A stretch of DNA of 64,000 bases from an uncultured delta proteobacterium. GTDB taxonomy: Bacteria; Myxococcota; UBA727; VGSZ01. The stretch is taken from assembly GCA_963775425.1 (NCBI GenBank), contig CAVZJB010000005.1, positions 416,001 through 480,000 of the forward strand, written 5' to 3'. Both the position numbers and the translations under genes were made by a program. This document shows positions 27,664 through 38,037 of the stretch, piece by piece (the first letter of the stretch is position 1; each line of letters begins with the position of its first letter). Below the pieces are notes generated by a model. That model worked only from the letters and a program-made list of their open reading frames with translations. It searched no databases and had not been told where the DNA came from.

Positions 27664-30600
27664 ATGCGCGCCATCCGCCTCTCGCCGGTGCTCCCCCGTC
27701 TCTTCGCCGTGCCCGCCCTCGCGGCGCTGTTCGCGATCGGCTGCCAGCCCGAGGGCTTCTACCCGAAGAACGACGTCAAGCGCCCGCCGGCCGGTGACTG
27801 CAGCGCCGACGTCCCCGACGGCGTCTGCCCCGACGGGCAAACCTGCCGCGCCGGCGCCTGCCTCGACGACGCGCTCTTCTGCAGCGCCGACGTCCCCACC
27901 GGCGTGTGCGCGTCCACCGACGAGACCTGCCTCGACGGGGCGTGCGTCCCCACCGCCGATCTGTGCTCCGATCAGAACCCCGACGGACAGTGCGCCACCG
28001 ACCTCGCTTGCCACGGCGGCGTCTGCGCCACCGACGCGCCCTGCGCCGCCGACGAGCCGCTCGGCTTTTGCGACACAGGCCTGGCCTGCCTCGACGGCAC
28101 CTGCGTCGATCGCGCCACGCTGTGCAGCGCCACCAACACGAGCGGTGACTGCCGGCAGGACACGGCGTGCGTCGACGGCACCTGCGTCGACGGCGCGCTG
28201 TTGTGCTCACCCGCCAACGCGAACGGGCTGTGCGCGCAGGGCGAGAGCTGCGTCGGCGGCGGCTGCCGCACACCCGACGAGCTGTGCTCCAACGACAACC
28301 CCACCGGCGCGTGCGACGCGGGGCTCGCGTGCGTCGACGGCGCGTGTGTCGACGCGTCGCAGGCCTGCGGCTGCACCGCCACGCAGACGTGCATCGACGG
28401 CATCTGCCGCGATCCCGCGCAACTGTGCTCGACGGACAACCCCACCGGCGTCTGTGAAAACGGCGCGTCCTGCGTCGCCGGCAACTGCGAGGACCTCGGC
28501 GCGGCGTGCTCGCCGCAGAACCTCACCGGGGTCTGCCCGCCCGGCGAGCTGTGCGAGAGCGGCGCGTGCAACGCGCTCGACGGCACCGCGCTGTGCGACG
28601 ACAACAACGAGTGCACCGACGACGCCTTCGATCCCGTGCGCAACCGGTGCGTGAACACGCCGCGCGACGGCTCCTGCGACGACGGCAACGCGTGCACCAC
28701 CAACCAGTGCGTCGACGGCCAGTGCACGGGTACCCCGGTGTCCGGTTGCATCGAGCCGCCCGTCATCGACCCCGTCGTGTCGCCCACCAACGTCGGGGAG
28801 CTCGCGCTGTCGGGCACCAAGCCCGCGGGCGCGTCGGTGCAGGTGAACGGCCTCGAGGCGGTCCCCGAAAACCCCGACACCACGTGGTCGGTGACGGTGA
28901 ACCTCACGCCCGGCGACAACGCCTTCCAGATCAAGAGCATCAACGGCGCCACCGAGTCCGCGGTGCGCGAGCTGCATGTCGTCTACGACATCACGCCGCC
29001 GGTCACGCGCGTGACTCCGGACGGCGGCTCCTTCCTCTCCGGCGTCACCGCCACGCTCGCGGCCAGCGAGCCCGCCACGGTGTTCTTCACCACGGACGGC
29101 TCCGATCCCGACGACACGTCGGCGTCGTTTTCGTCGGAGAAGCGCCTGCGCGTCTTCTCGGACACGCACCTGCGGCTGCGCGCGCGCGACCTCGCGGGCA
29201 ACCTCGAGGAGCAGATCGTCGACGTCGCGTTCTCCGTCACCGGCCGCGGCACCGCGTGGCAGGACGGGCCCACGCTCGCCGCCGGGCTCTCGCTCGCCGG
29301 CGCCACCACCACCGGCCCCGACGTCTTCATCGCCGGCGGCACCTCCGGTCTCGCGCCGCAGGCGGGCGCGTACTCGTACAGCATCGCCGACGACACCTTC
29401 ACCACGCTGCCGTCCATGTCCGGCGCGCGCGACTCGCTCGCGCTCGTGGCGGTGGGCAACGACGTCTATGCCATCGGCGGTGAGAACGCGGGCACGCCGC
29501 TCAACCGCGTGGAGCTCCTCGCGGACGGCGCCTCGTCCTGGGTGCAGAGGGCGGCCATGCCGTCCACGCGCCACAGCCTGGCGGCGGTGGCGGTCGGCAC
29601 CAAGATCTACGTGTTCGGCGGCAAGACCAACGGCGGCGCCGTCCTCGACAACGTCGAGGTCTACGACATCGCGGGCGACAGTTGGAGCAACGCCGTGGCG
29701 CAGATGCCGCGGCCGCGGGCGGGCTTCGGCGCCGTCGTCATCGACGGCCTCGTCTACCTCGTCGGCGGCGAGGCCGCAGACGGCAGCCGCGTCACCGACC
29801 TCGACGTCTACAACCCCGACAACGACTCCTGGAGCACGCGCGCGCCCTTGCCGACGGGCCGCAGCTACCTCGGCGTCACCGCCGCGTTGAACCGCGGCGC
29901 CATCACGAGCGGTGAGAGGGCCATCTCGGCGGCGGGTGGGCTCCTCGTCGGTGACGCGCCCACGGCCGTCGTCGAGGAGTACATCATCGACGAGGACGTC
30001 TGGCGCCCGCGCGCCCCGCTGCCCGCGCCGCGCCACAGCGCCGCGTCGGTCACCGTGGTCACCAGCGGCGGCCTCGACAGCGAAGAGGGAGAGGGGTGGC
30101 TCATCGGCGGCCAGGAAGGCTCCAACGTCGTCGCCACCACGCGTGCCCTGCGCACCGATCTCGACTACGCCCGCGCGCTGCCGGATTTGCCGGCCGCGCG
30201 CTTCCTCCACGTCGCGGCCGCGCTGGACGACCGCATCTACCTGTTCGGCGGCCGCAACTTCACCGAGGAGACAGGCGCCTACGCGTTCGATCCGGAGACG
30301 GGCACCTACGAGGAGCTGCCGCCGTTGCCGTCGGTGCAAAACGGCCCGGGCGGCGTCGCCGTCGGCGGTCGCGTGTACGCCTTCGGCGGCGCCAACGAGT
30401 TCGCCAACGCGGTCCCCACCACCCGCGCGTACGACCCCGCGCTGCACCAGTGGGTGGAGCTGTCGCCGATGACCAGCGCCCGCCGCGACGTCGCGGTCAC
30501 CGCCGTCGGCAACGACGTGTACGTCATCGGCGGCGAAAACGGCGGCGCGCTGCAGACCGTGGAGATCTACGACGTCGCCACCGACCAGTGGCGCACGGGC

Positions 30601-31422
30601 CCGCTGCTGCCGGCGCCGCGCAAGGGCGCCATGGCCGTCACGCACGGCGGCAAGGTGCACGTCATCGGCGGGGAAGGCAGCGACGGCAGCCCCGTGGCCA
30701 CGGTGCTGCGGCTCGACGATCAGACCTGGACCACGCTCTCGGGCAGCATCCCGGTGAGCTACGGCGCGGCCTTCTCCATCCAGGGGCGCATCGCGGTGTT
30801 CGCGGGGCGCGTCTCGGGTGCGGTCTCGTCGTCGGTGATCGACTACGACGTCGCCGAAGAGCAGGTTCTGACGCCGCGCAACCCCACCGAGCTCCTGACG
30901 CCGGCGCTCGATCGCTTCGCGGCGACGTCGCTCAACGGGCGCCTGTTCTTCTTCGGCGGCAACGCCAACGCCGACATCGGTCCGAGCGGGGTGGTGACCG
31001 TGGTGGAGCTCGACGGCCGCTGCTTCGACGGTGTGCTGGACGGCACGGAGACCGCCGGCGGAGCCAACGGCGCCGATGACGGGGGCGGCTGCCCCGACGC
31101 CGGCTTCCTGCACCACACGGGCTTCCCCGGCGAGACCTTCGTCAGCGAGACGCAGGGCAGCATCACATCGGTGCAAAGCGCCATCGACGCCTGCAACGCG
31201 CACTTCGGTTCGGGCAGCTGCGCGCTCGACACGAGCTGCGACAACACCAACGGCTGCTTCACGGTGGTCCCGAGCTCGAGGCACTGCACGTGCGCCAGCG
31301 GGCCGGCATGGCACATCGGCACCACCACCTGTTACGGCGGCAGCAACATCGACGTGGCGGGCCGCGTCTCGAACTTCAGCGGCACTTGCAACGGCGGCAG
31401 CCTCGTCGGCAACTGGGACTGA
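27664..31422 (+). CDS. Large lipoprotein: Cys-rich repeats, Ig-like and Fn3-associated domains, two Kelch propellers
   Basis: FAIGC lipobox; repeated CSxxxPxGxCxxxxxCxxGxC; CDDGNACTT; VFFTTDGSDP; about 12 Kelch blades (VYAIGG...VE.YD...W). Confidence 0.88.
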   Translation: MRAIRLSPVLPRLFAVPALAALFAIGCQPEGFYPKNDVKRPPAGDCSADVPDGVCPDGQTCRAGACLDDALFCSADVPTGVCASTDETCLDGACVPTADLCSDQNPDGQCATDLACHGGVCATDAPCAADEPLGFCDTGLACLDGTCVDRATLCSATNTSGDCRQDTACVDGTCVDGALLCSPANANGLCAQGESCVGGGCRTPDELCSNDNPTGACDAGLACVDGACVDASQACGCTATQTCIDGICRDPAQLCSTDNPTGVCENGASCVAGNCEDLGAACSPQNLTGVCPPGELCESGACNALDGTALCDDNNECTDDAFDPVRNRCVNTPRDGSCDDGNACTTNQCVDGQCTGTPVSGCIEPPVIDPVVSPTNVGELALSGTKPAGASVQVNGLEAVPENPDTTWSVTVNLTPGDNAFQIKSINGATESAVRELHVVYDITPPVTRVTPDGGSFLSGVTATLAASEPATVFFTTDGSDPDDTSASFSSEKRLRVFSDTHLRLRARDLAGNLEEQIVDVAFSVTGRGTAWQDGPTLAAGLSLAGATTTGPDVFIAGGTSGLAPQAGAYSYSIADDTFTTLPSMSGARDSLALVAVGNDVYAIGGENAGTPLNRVELLADGASSWVQRAAMPSTRHSLAAVAVGTKIYVFGGKTNGGAVLDNVEVYDIAGDSWSNAVAQMPRPRAGFGAVVIDGLVYLVGGEAADGSRVTDLDVYNPDNDSWSTRAPLPTGRSYLGVTAALNRGAITSGERAISAAGGLLVGDAPTAVVEEYIIDEDVWRPRAPLPAPRHSAASVTVVTSGGLDSEEGEGWLIGGQEGSNVVATTRALRTDLDYARALPDLPAARFLHVAAALDDRIYLFGGRNFTEETGAYAFDPETGTYEELPPLPSVQNGPGGVAVGGRVYAFGGANEFANAVPTTRAYDPALHQWVELSPMTSARRDVAVTAVGNDVYVIGGENGGALQTVEIYDVATDQWRTGPLLPAPRKGAMAVTHGGKVHVIGGEGSDGSPVATVLRLDDQTWTTLSGSIPVSYGAAFSIQGRIAVFAGRVSGAVSSSVIDYDVAEEQVLTPRNPTELLTPALDRFAATSLNGRLFFFGGNANADIGPSGVVTVVELDGRCFDGVLDGTETAGGANGADDGGGCPDAGFLHHTGFPGETFVSETQGSITSVQSAIDACNAHFGSGSCALDTSCDNTNGCFTVVPSSRHCTCASGPAWHIGTTTCYGGSNIDVAGRVSNFSGTCNGGSLVGNWD

Positions 31423-31478
31423 TGCGAGGCGCGCAGCGGCATTGCCAGGGCGCGCCTCCGCGGTAGACGAGAGGGCGC

Positions 31479-32105
31479 GTGCTTCCTTCGCAAGTGCCCT
31501 GGGCCGTGCTCTTCCGCGTCGTCGCCGTGTGCGGCGCCGTGGTTCCCGGCCCGTGCACGTTCGACACGCACCGGGAGTTCGACTGCTCCCTCGGCGAGCT
31601 GTGCCCGCGCAACTTCGCGTGCGCCGATGACGGCTTCTGCAAGAGCGCCGACATCGCCTGCGCCGACGGCGAGACGCGCTGCGCGTATCCGGGCGTCGAC
31701 CGCGTGGCCATCTGTGTCGCCGACGAGGACCTCTCGTCGTCCAAGACCCACTGCGGCGGCTGCTTTCAGCGCTGCCTGGGCGCGGGCACGTGCAACGACG
31801 GCGTCTGCGAGGGCGCGCCCGCCGACGGCCGCTGCCTGCGCTCGCGCGGCAACTTCGATTGCGCCGGCGGCGCCGGCTGCGTCGACGACGGCAACGGCGA
31901 CGACGGCGTCTGCCGCACCGGCGCCGTCGGAGACGCCGGCACGCTCGAGGCGTGCAAGAGCGGCGACGACTGCGAGGACGGCCTGTGCAGCCATGGGCTC
32001 TGCACCCTCACCTGCGACTTCGGCTGCCCCGCGGGGACGGCGTGCGACGACACCGCCGTGCCGGGGGGCCTGTGCATCCCCGTCGCCGACGACGCCTGCG
32101 GTTGA
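31479..32105 (+). CDS. Cys-rich secreted protein or lipoprotein
   Basis: Hydrophobic N-terminus, HCGGC motif, many CxxxxxC modules. Confidence 0.75.
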   Translation: MLPSQVPWAVLFRVVAVCGAVVPGPCTFDTHREFDCSLGELCPRNFACADDGFCKSADIACADGETRCAYPGVDRVAICVADEDLSSSKTHCGGCFQRCLGAGTCNDGVCEGAPADGRCLRSRGNFDCAGGAGCVDDGNGDDGVCRTGAVGDAGTLEACKSGDDCEDGLCSHGLCTLTCDFGCPAGTACDDTAVPGGLCIPVADDACG

Positions 32106-32116
32106 CGGGTCGCCGG

Positions 32117-34414
32117 TCAGAACGACGCTTTGGCGCCGATGGCGGGGATGAGCGGCAGGCCGAGGTGCGGCTGCGTGTCGGTAAAGTCGAAGTTGTAGAA
32201 CGTGCCCTCGACGGGACGGCCGAACAGCGTGTTGACGTTCACCAGGTCGGCGTAGCAGTCGAGCTGGAACCAGTTGAACGTGGTGGTCCAATCCACGCGG
32301 ACGTCGACGCTCTGAAAGAGCGGGAAATTGGCGGTGTCCTTGGGCGCGGCGCGCGGCTCGAAGCGGCCGGTGTCGGCGTCGAAGGCGGCGCCGCTGACGC
32401 CGTCGTCGGGCATACCGGTGGCGATGCGGTAACGCGCGCCGACACGGAAGCCCCACGGCAACGACGTCTGCCCGACGACGCCGAGCAGGTGCGTTGTGTC
32501 GAACGGCTGCCGGTACGTGTAGTCGACGCCGAAGGGTGAGGGCGCGTCGGTGCGCTCGTTGCGCGTGATGGAGTAGGTGATCCACGCGTACCACTTGCCG
32601 GGCTTGCCCGCGCGCGCGAGCGCCTCGAGGCCGTAGGAGTGTCCCGAGCCGCCGCTGTAGACGGAGCGCTCGCCGAAGCGCGCGGGGACGGGGAAGGTGT
32701 CGGCCTTGGTGGTGAGCTCGTCGCGCCAGATGTCGAACAGCGTGGTGGACACGGTGACCATGCCGAACAGCTCCTGATCGAAGCCGCCCTGGATGTGCAG
32801 CGCCTGCTGCGGCAAGAGGTCGAAGCCCTCCGCGTGCGCCTCGGCGAGCTCGTCGGGATCGGGCGGGCGCGAGAAGCTGCCCGCCGCCACCTTCAACAAC
32901 GTCCCCCAGTCGCCGGGCGTCACCTGCCAGCTCCCGGCGAAGCGCGGCTCGAGCGACACGTGGGGCTCGCCGTCGAGCATGTACGTCTCCACGCGCAAGC
33001 CCGGCGTGAGCAACACCTCGTCGAGGGGCTCCACCGTGCCCTCGATGTACAGGCCGGCGGTGCCGCGAAAGGTCTGCTGGTGGATGCGGTCCGCGCGCGC
33101 GAAGGACTCGAGGTCCACGGGGGAGAGCTCGCGCACGGGGCTGCCCGCGTGCGCGCCGACGGCGAAGAGGCCGCCGTAGGTGATGGCGTCGCTCCTGGCG
33201 GTGGCGTCGAGGCCGACGATGACGCGCGTGTGTCGCGAGCGATAGGTGAGCTCGTCCCTGAGCTGGGCATCGAAGGTCTCGGTGTTCTTGAAGCGCACGC
33301 CACCCTGCTCGTCGAAGGTCTCGCGCGCGTACCCGATGACGGGCGTGAACGTGTGGGTGAAGCCGCCGCCGATGTTGCGCTGGTAGCGGAGGCTCAAGCG
33401 ATGAAAGTCGCTGTCCTTGTTGGAGAGGAAGGGCTCGACGGCGCCGCGGCCGTCGGCGACGTTCTCCTCGCGATCGCCGGAGCCGAAGGCGAACACCGCG
33501 AGCTCCTGCCCGGGCGCCGGGTCCCAGTCGATCTTGAGCTGGTAGTCCCAGTACGTGGGCACGAGCAGGACGCCGTCGCCGGTGCCCGACGTGGCTCGCT
33601 GCGCGTTGCGGATGAGGTCGAGGAACGAGCGGCGCGCCGACGCACCCACGGCGAGGTTCGGGGCCAGCGGCACGCCGATGAAGGCGCCGCCGTCGATGAC
33701 GTCGGCCTTGGCCAGGCCGTGGACGTCGTCGGTGGGGAGCTTCTTGGTCTTGAGCGTGACGATGCCGCCGGTGGAGCGGCCGTAGCGCGCGGAGAAGGCG
33801 CCGGGCACGAGCTCGACAGACTCGACGAAGGGCGCGTTGATGACGCTGGTGCTGCCGACGAAGTGGTAGAGGTCGGGGATCTCGTAGTCGTCGACGAAGA
33901 CGGCGCTCTCGTTGGGCTGCGCGCCGCGGATGAACAACGAGCCCTGCGAGAGGAACACGCGGCCCATGCCGGGGAAGTTCTCGATGGCCTTGGCGGGGTC
34001 GCCGTAGGTGCCGGGGAGCTCGTCGACCTCATGCCCCTCGATGTGGTGCGCGCCGCGGGCGATGTTGTCGCGCGAGCGGCGCTCGCGCACCGTGGTCTCG
34101 CCGGACTCCTTGGCCACGAGGTAGACGTCCACCGACGTGGTCCCTTCGCGCTCGAGCTTCACGGAGAGGACGGCGCGCTCGAACCCGGGCGTGTCGACGA
34201 CGAGCGTGGCCTCGCGCGCGCGCGTGTTCTCGAACTCGAGGATGAAGGCGCCCTGGTCGTCGCTGACGGCGGTGACGTCGCTGCCGAGGACGTCGACCTC
34301 GACGGCGGGGACCGGGCGGCGCGTGCCCGCCTCGCGCACGGTGCCCTCGATGCTGCCGGCGAGCGCGGGCGACGAGGCCGCGACGACCGCGGCGGCGACG
34401 AGGAGGGCCTTCAT
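32117..34414 (-). CDS. TonB-dependent receptor with N-terminal carboxypeptidase-regulatory-like domain
   Basis: Signal peptide, plug (IRGA, YHF, PGAFSARYGRSTGG), EPR, SYGLE, C-terminal GAKASF. Confidence 0.92.
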   Translation of the reverse strand: MKALLVAAAVVAASSPALAGSIEGTVREAGTRRPVPAVEVDVLGSDVTAVSDDQGAFILEFENTRAREATLVVDTPGFERAVLSVKLEREGTTSVDVYLVAKESGETTVRERRSRDNIARGAHHIEGHEVDELPGTYGDPAKAIENFPGMGRVFLSQGSLFIRGAQPNESAVFVDDYEIPDLYHFVGSTSVINAPFVESVELVPGAFSARYGRSTGGIVTLKTKKLPTDDVHGLAKADVIDGGAFIGVPLAPNLAVGASARRSFLDLIRNAQRATSGTGDGVLLVPTYWDYQLKIDWDPAPGQELAVFAFGSGDREENVADGRGAVEPFLSNKDSDFHRLSLRYQRNIGGGFTHTFTPVIGYARETFDEQGGVRFKNTETFDAQLRDELTYRSRHTRVIVGLDATARSDAITYGGLFAVGAHAGSPVRELSPVDLESFARADRIHQQTFRGTAGLYIEGTVEPLDEVLLTPGLRVETYMLDGEPHVSLEPRFAGSWQVTPGDWGTLLKVAAGSFSRPPDPDELAEAHAEGFDLLPQQALHIQGGFDQELFGMVTVSTTLFDIWRDELTTKADTFPVPARFGERSVYSGGSGHSYGLEALARAGKPGKWYAWITYSITRNERTDAPSPFGVDYTYRQPFDTTHLLGVVGQTSLPWGFRVGARYRIATGMPDDGVSGAAFDADTGRFEPRAAPKDTANFPLFQSVDVRVDWTTTFNWFQLDCYADLVNVNTLFGRPVEGTFYNFDFTDTQPHLGLPLIPAIGAKASF

Positions 34415-34460
34415 CCGGCCCGATCTAGCACCGATGGACGGCGCGGAGCACCCGTGGCGC

Positions 34461-34495
34461 TGATCGACGACCGGAGGGAGCGGCGGCGCTGATCG
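34461..34495. repeat. Diverged copy of the GATC-bounded repeat
   Basis: TGATCGACGACCGGAGGGAGCGGCGGCGCTGATCG. Confidence 0.7.
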
Positions 34496-34576
34496 ATGCC
34501 GGACACCGCGGAGCGTCGCGCGAGCCTTCGATCGCGGCGTCTGTATAGTGCGACGTCCCGCATCGAGGGAGAGACT

Positions 34577-36169
34577 GTGACTCTCATTGACTGGATGAAG
34601 CGCGCGGCGCGGCGCACCATCGACAACCGCCCCACCGACGAGAGCGCGCCCGCCACGACGTCGACGACCGAGGGCGTCGCGCGGCGCTACAAGAACATGG
34701 GTGAGATCGCGCGCGGCGGCATGGGCGCCATCGTTCAGGTGAAGGACCGCGACCTGCGGCGCACCCTGGTGATGAAGGTCTTCGATCCCGAGGACGGCAG
34801 GATCGACGACGGCAGGGTCGGCCTCTTCATCGAGGAGGCGCAGATCAACGCCCAGCTCGATCACCCGAACATCTGCCCGGTCCACGACGTGGGGCACGAC
34901 GCCGACGGCTCCCACTTCTTCACGATGAAGCTGGTGCGCGGCCGCACCCTCACGGACATGATCCACGCAGACACCTACGACCCGAGCGATCCGCGCTGTC
35001 TGCGCGAGGCCATCGAGGTGCTCGAGACGGTCTGCGACGCGCTCGCCTTCGCGCACGCCAAGGGCGTCGTGCACCGTGACTTGAAGCCCGACAACATCAT
35101 GGTGGGCGACTTCGGTCAGGTCTACCTGATGGACTGGGGCATCGCGAAGATCGTCCCCTCCACGCACGCCGAGGCCGTGACCATCGAGAGACCCGCGTCG
35201 TCGGCCATCGATCAGGCGGGGGCCATCGTCGGCACCCTCATGTACATGGCGCCCGAGCAGGCGCGCGGCGAGGCGGACGCCGTCGACGCGCGCAGCGACG
35301 TCTTCGGCGTGGGCGCCATCCTCTACGAGATCATCACCCAGATCCCGCCGTACTACGCGCAGAGCGTCGGCGAGCTCGTGTTGCAGGCGCAGTCCGCCGC
35401 GTGGCGCCCCCCGCAGGACGTGAACGGAGCGGACCTCGTGGTGCCGAGCGCGCTGTGCGCCATCTGCGAGAAGGCGCTCGCGGCCGATCCCGCGCAGCGC
35501 CACCAGAGCATCGGCGAGCTCCGCGACGACCTCGAGCAGTTCCTCGTCGGCGGCCTCACGTTCCCCACGCGCGTCGTGCCCGCGGGTGAATGCGTCGTCG
35601 TCGAGGGTGACGCCGGCGTCGAGGCGTTCATCGTCCAGCGCGGCTATTGCCGCGTGTACAAGGTGCACGACGGCGAGCAGATCGCGCTCGCCGACCTCGG
35701 ACCCGGTGACGTCTTCGGGGAGACGAGCGTGTTCGCCGACGTCCCCCGCACGGCGACGGTGCAGGCGCTCACCGACGTCACGCTCCAGGTGGTGACGAAG
35801 GAGGTCTTCGACAAGGACCTCGGGATGGCGTCGGCCATGGGCGCCTTCGTGAAGGCGCTCGCCAAGCGCTTCGTCGCCACCGACGGCGAGCTGCGGGCGC
35901 TGAAGTCGGGCGCAGCCCCGCCGGCGGCGGCGGAGGAGGCCGCGCCGGCGGTGAAGGCGCCGGCCGTGGAGACGCCTGGGGTGCAAGCGCCGCCCGCGGC
36001 GGTGGCGGCGACGAGCACGTCGAGCCCGTTCGCGCTCGTCGACGTCGCCGTGCGCCTGCAGGCGCTCTCGGACGGCAAGGAGCCGGGTGCGCTCCTCTTC
36101 GAGGCGCTCGCGCTCGGCGTGGAGGAGCTTGCGCGCCGGCGCGACGCCCGCCCGGCCGACGACGGCTGA
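34577..36169 (+). CDS. Cytoplasmic Ser/Thr protein kinase with cyclic-nucleotide-binding domain
   Basis: ARGGMG, VMK, HRDLKPDN, DWG, GTLMYMAPEQ; then FGETSVFADVPRTATV. Confidence 0.93.
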   Translation: MTLIDWMKRAARRTIDNRPTDESAPATTSTTEGVARRYKNMGEIARGGMGAIVQVKDRDLRRTLVMKVFDPEDGRIDDGRVGLFIEEAQINAQLDHPNICPVHDVGHDADGSHFFTMKLVRGRTLTDMIHADTYDPSDPRCLREAIEVLETVCDALAFAHAKGVVHRDLKPDNIMVGDFGQVYLMDWGIAKIVPSTHAEAVTIERPASSAIDQAGAIVGTLMYMAPEQARGEADAVDARSDVFGVGAILYEIITQIPPYYAQSVGELVLQAQSAAWRPPQDVNGADLVVPSALCAICEKALAADPAQRHQSIGELRDDLEQFLVGGLTFPTRVVPAGECVVVEGDAGVEAFIVQRGYCRVYKVHDGEQIALADLGPGDVFGETSVFADVPRTATVQALTDVTLQVVTKEVFDKDLGMASAMGAFVKALAKRFVATDGELRALKSGAAPPAAAEEAAPAVKAPAVETPGVQAPPAAVAATSTSSPFALVDVAVRLQALSDGKEPGALLFEALALGVEELARRRDARPADDG

Positions 36170-36504
36170 AAGGCTGACGAAAAAGAAGGCTCGTAGCAGC
36201 ACTCGGCGAAGCCGCCCACAAGGTGGCTCGCCGCGCGGAGTACGTGGCGAGGCACGGGTCCGAGCGGTGTTGTGATCCCGCTATCAGCGCACGTGGCGTG
36301 TTCGTGCGGGTCGTGTGCGCGCCGACGTGCCTCGATGCGACGTCGGCGCGGACTTCAGGGTGAGTTGCGAGTGCTTGGGCGCTCGGAATCAGCGAAGGCT
36401 AGACAACGTCGCCACCGCCGGAGCTCCTTCCGCTCCGCCGTGTGGCCGTAGCACCGTCCCCTTCCGGGTGGCTCGGATCCCGATGGATCACGTTACGCGT
36501 CCAG

Positions 36505-37956
36505 TCAGCGAAAGCGGACGTGGAGCACGCCGTCGTGCATCGACGCGGCAGGGGCGCGCGCGCGTCGCTCGCCGTCGAGCTCGACGACGACGCGGCTCAC
36601 GCCCTTCTTCGGATGCCCGAAGCGGATGCGCGCGACGGCGCCGCCCGGCTCGAGCGTGCCCTTGGGGAGCGTGCCGCCCTCGAGGTCGACCACGAGCCGC
36701 GACGGCCCCGTCAAGGTGAACACCTTCACGATCCGCGCGTCGCCCACCTTCACGGAGGCCTCGTGCACGGCGTCGCGCGGCGCCACCGTCTCGGCAAAGG
36801 TCTCCTCGCGCGCGCTCGCCTGCTGCGCGCTCGCCTTCTGCGCGGCCGCCACCTTCGCGGGCGCCGCCGTCGTCGCGGGCGCCTGCGCCTGCACCAGCTC
36901 GCGCTCGACCTCCGCCACCGGTCGCGGCGCCGTCGCGGCGGCGCGCTCCGGCGACACGGGCGCGGGCGGCGCCGTCGCCACCGTGGCGCCGCGCGTGTGC
37001 ATGCGTTGCCACCTCTTGCCCGCGAAGCCGATGCCGCTGCCGACGAGCGTCCCCGCGCACAGGAGCGCGAGCGCCGTGGGGAGCGCGCGGCTCGGCCGCT
37101 TGCGCGCCGGCGACGGCTGCCGCTCCTCGGCGATGGGGAGATGCCGCAGCGCGATGCTGCCCTCTTCGAGCTCGCGGTGCATGAGCTCCGGGTCCGCGCT
37201 TGGCGGCTCCGACGTGACGTCGAAGACCCCGTCGGCCACGCGCCAGGCGGAGTCGTCGTGGCTGGCGGGCGCGTCGTCGGCCTCGGCGATGACGGTCTCG
37301 TCGGCGGGGTCCCTCCGGAAGGTCCAGCCGACGAGGAACGACGGCGGCGTCGATGTCGGCCCGATGGTCACCGGCGCGGGCGACCCGAAGGGCCTGGTGT
37401 GGCGGAACACGCGCGCCTCCTCGGGGACGGCCAGCGGCTCGTCCTCCGGCAGCGACAGGTTCAGCGGCGGCTGCGAAAACGGCGGCAGCGACACCGCGAA
37501 CATGTCGTCGGTGGTCACGCGGCCGCGCCCGGTCTCCGCGAGGATGCTCCCGGTGATCGGCGGCAACGACGCCACCGGCGGCGGCAACGCTGCGGGCTCG
37601 GACTCCGGCTGCGTGTCCGCGAGCTGCGGCTGCACGAACCTGCGCAGCGCCGCCCGCGCGGGCGGATCGAGCGCGACGAACTTGAGGCCGACCCCGGGCA
37701 TGTTTCCGTCGACGGAGACGGGCTCGAAGGGCCGCACCCACATCACCTCGGCGGCGCGCACATGGACCTCGTGCGTGTCGACGTCGAAGCGCAAGGAGAC
37801 CCGGTCGCCCACCCGGAAGGGCTGGGTGGTCTGCAGAAAGATGCCGGTCTCGCTGACGTCGCTCCCCCACAGTCGCCGCGGGGCGGGCAGGCCGGCGGCG
37901 ACGACGTCGACCTCGGCGAAGTAGGGGGCGCGTTCGCTCAATCGGGCATTCGGCAT
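36505..37956 (-). CDS. PilZ-domain membrane protein with C-terminal AMIN-like domain
   Basis: RLSERAP, DVSETGIFL, GVGLKF; TM; VFTLTGPSRLVVDL...RIRFG...RVVVEL. Confidence 0.85.
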   Translation of the reverse strand: MPNARLSERAPYFAEVDVVAAGLPAPRRLWGSDVSETGIFLQTTQPFRVGDRVSLRFDVDTHEVHVRAAEVMWVRPFEPVSVDGNMPGVGLKFVALDPPARAALRRFVQPQLADTQPESEPAALPPPVASLPPITGSILAETGRGRVTTDDMFAVSLPPFSQPPLNLSLPEDEPLAVPEEARVFRHTRPFGSPAPVTIGPTSTPPSFLVGWTFRRDPADETVIAEADDAPASHDDSAWRVADGVFDVTSEPPSADPELMHRELEEGSIALRHLPIAEERQPSPARKRPSRALPTALALLCAGTLVGSGIGFAGKRWQRMHTRGATVATAPPAPVSPERAAATAPRPVAEVERELVQAQAPATTAAPAKVAAAQKASAQQASAREETFAETVAPRDAVHEASVKVGDARIVKVFTLTGPSRLVVDLEGGTLPKGTLEPGGAVARIRFGHPKKGVSRVVVELDGERRARAPAASMHDGVLHVRFR

Positions 37957-38037
37957 GCGCTTGTCTCCTTCCGCCGCCCATGGTGCACGGCCGGAGCCGC
38001 AATCCGAAATTTTCTGCCGCCGTGCGATAACGGCCAC

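Noticed and set aside
36445-36485. SAM-riboswitch- or SRP-like words (CCGGAAGG, GGTGCTA) on the minus strand
   Set aside because: Other conserved elements are missing and there is no downstream gene in that orientation.
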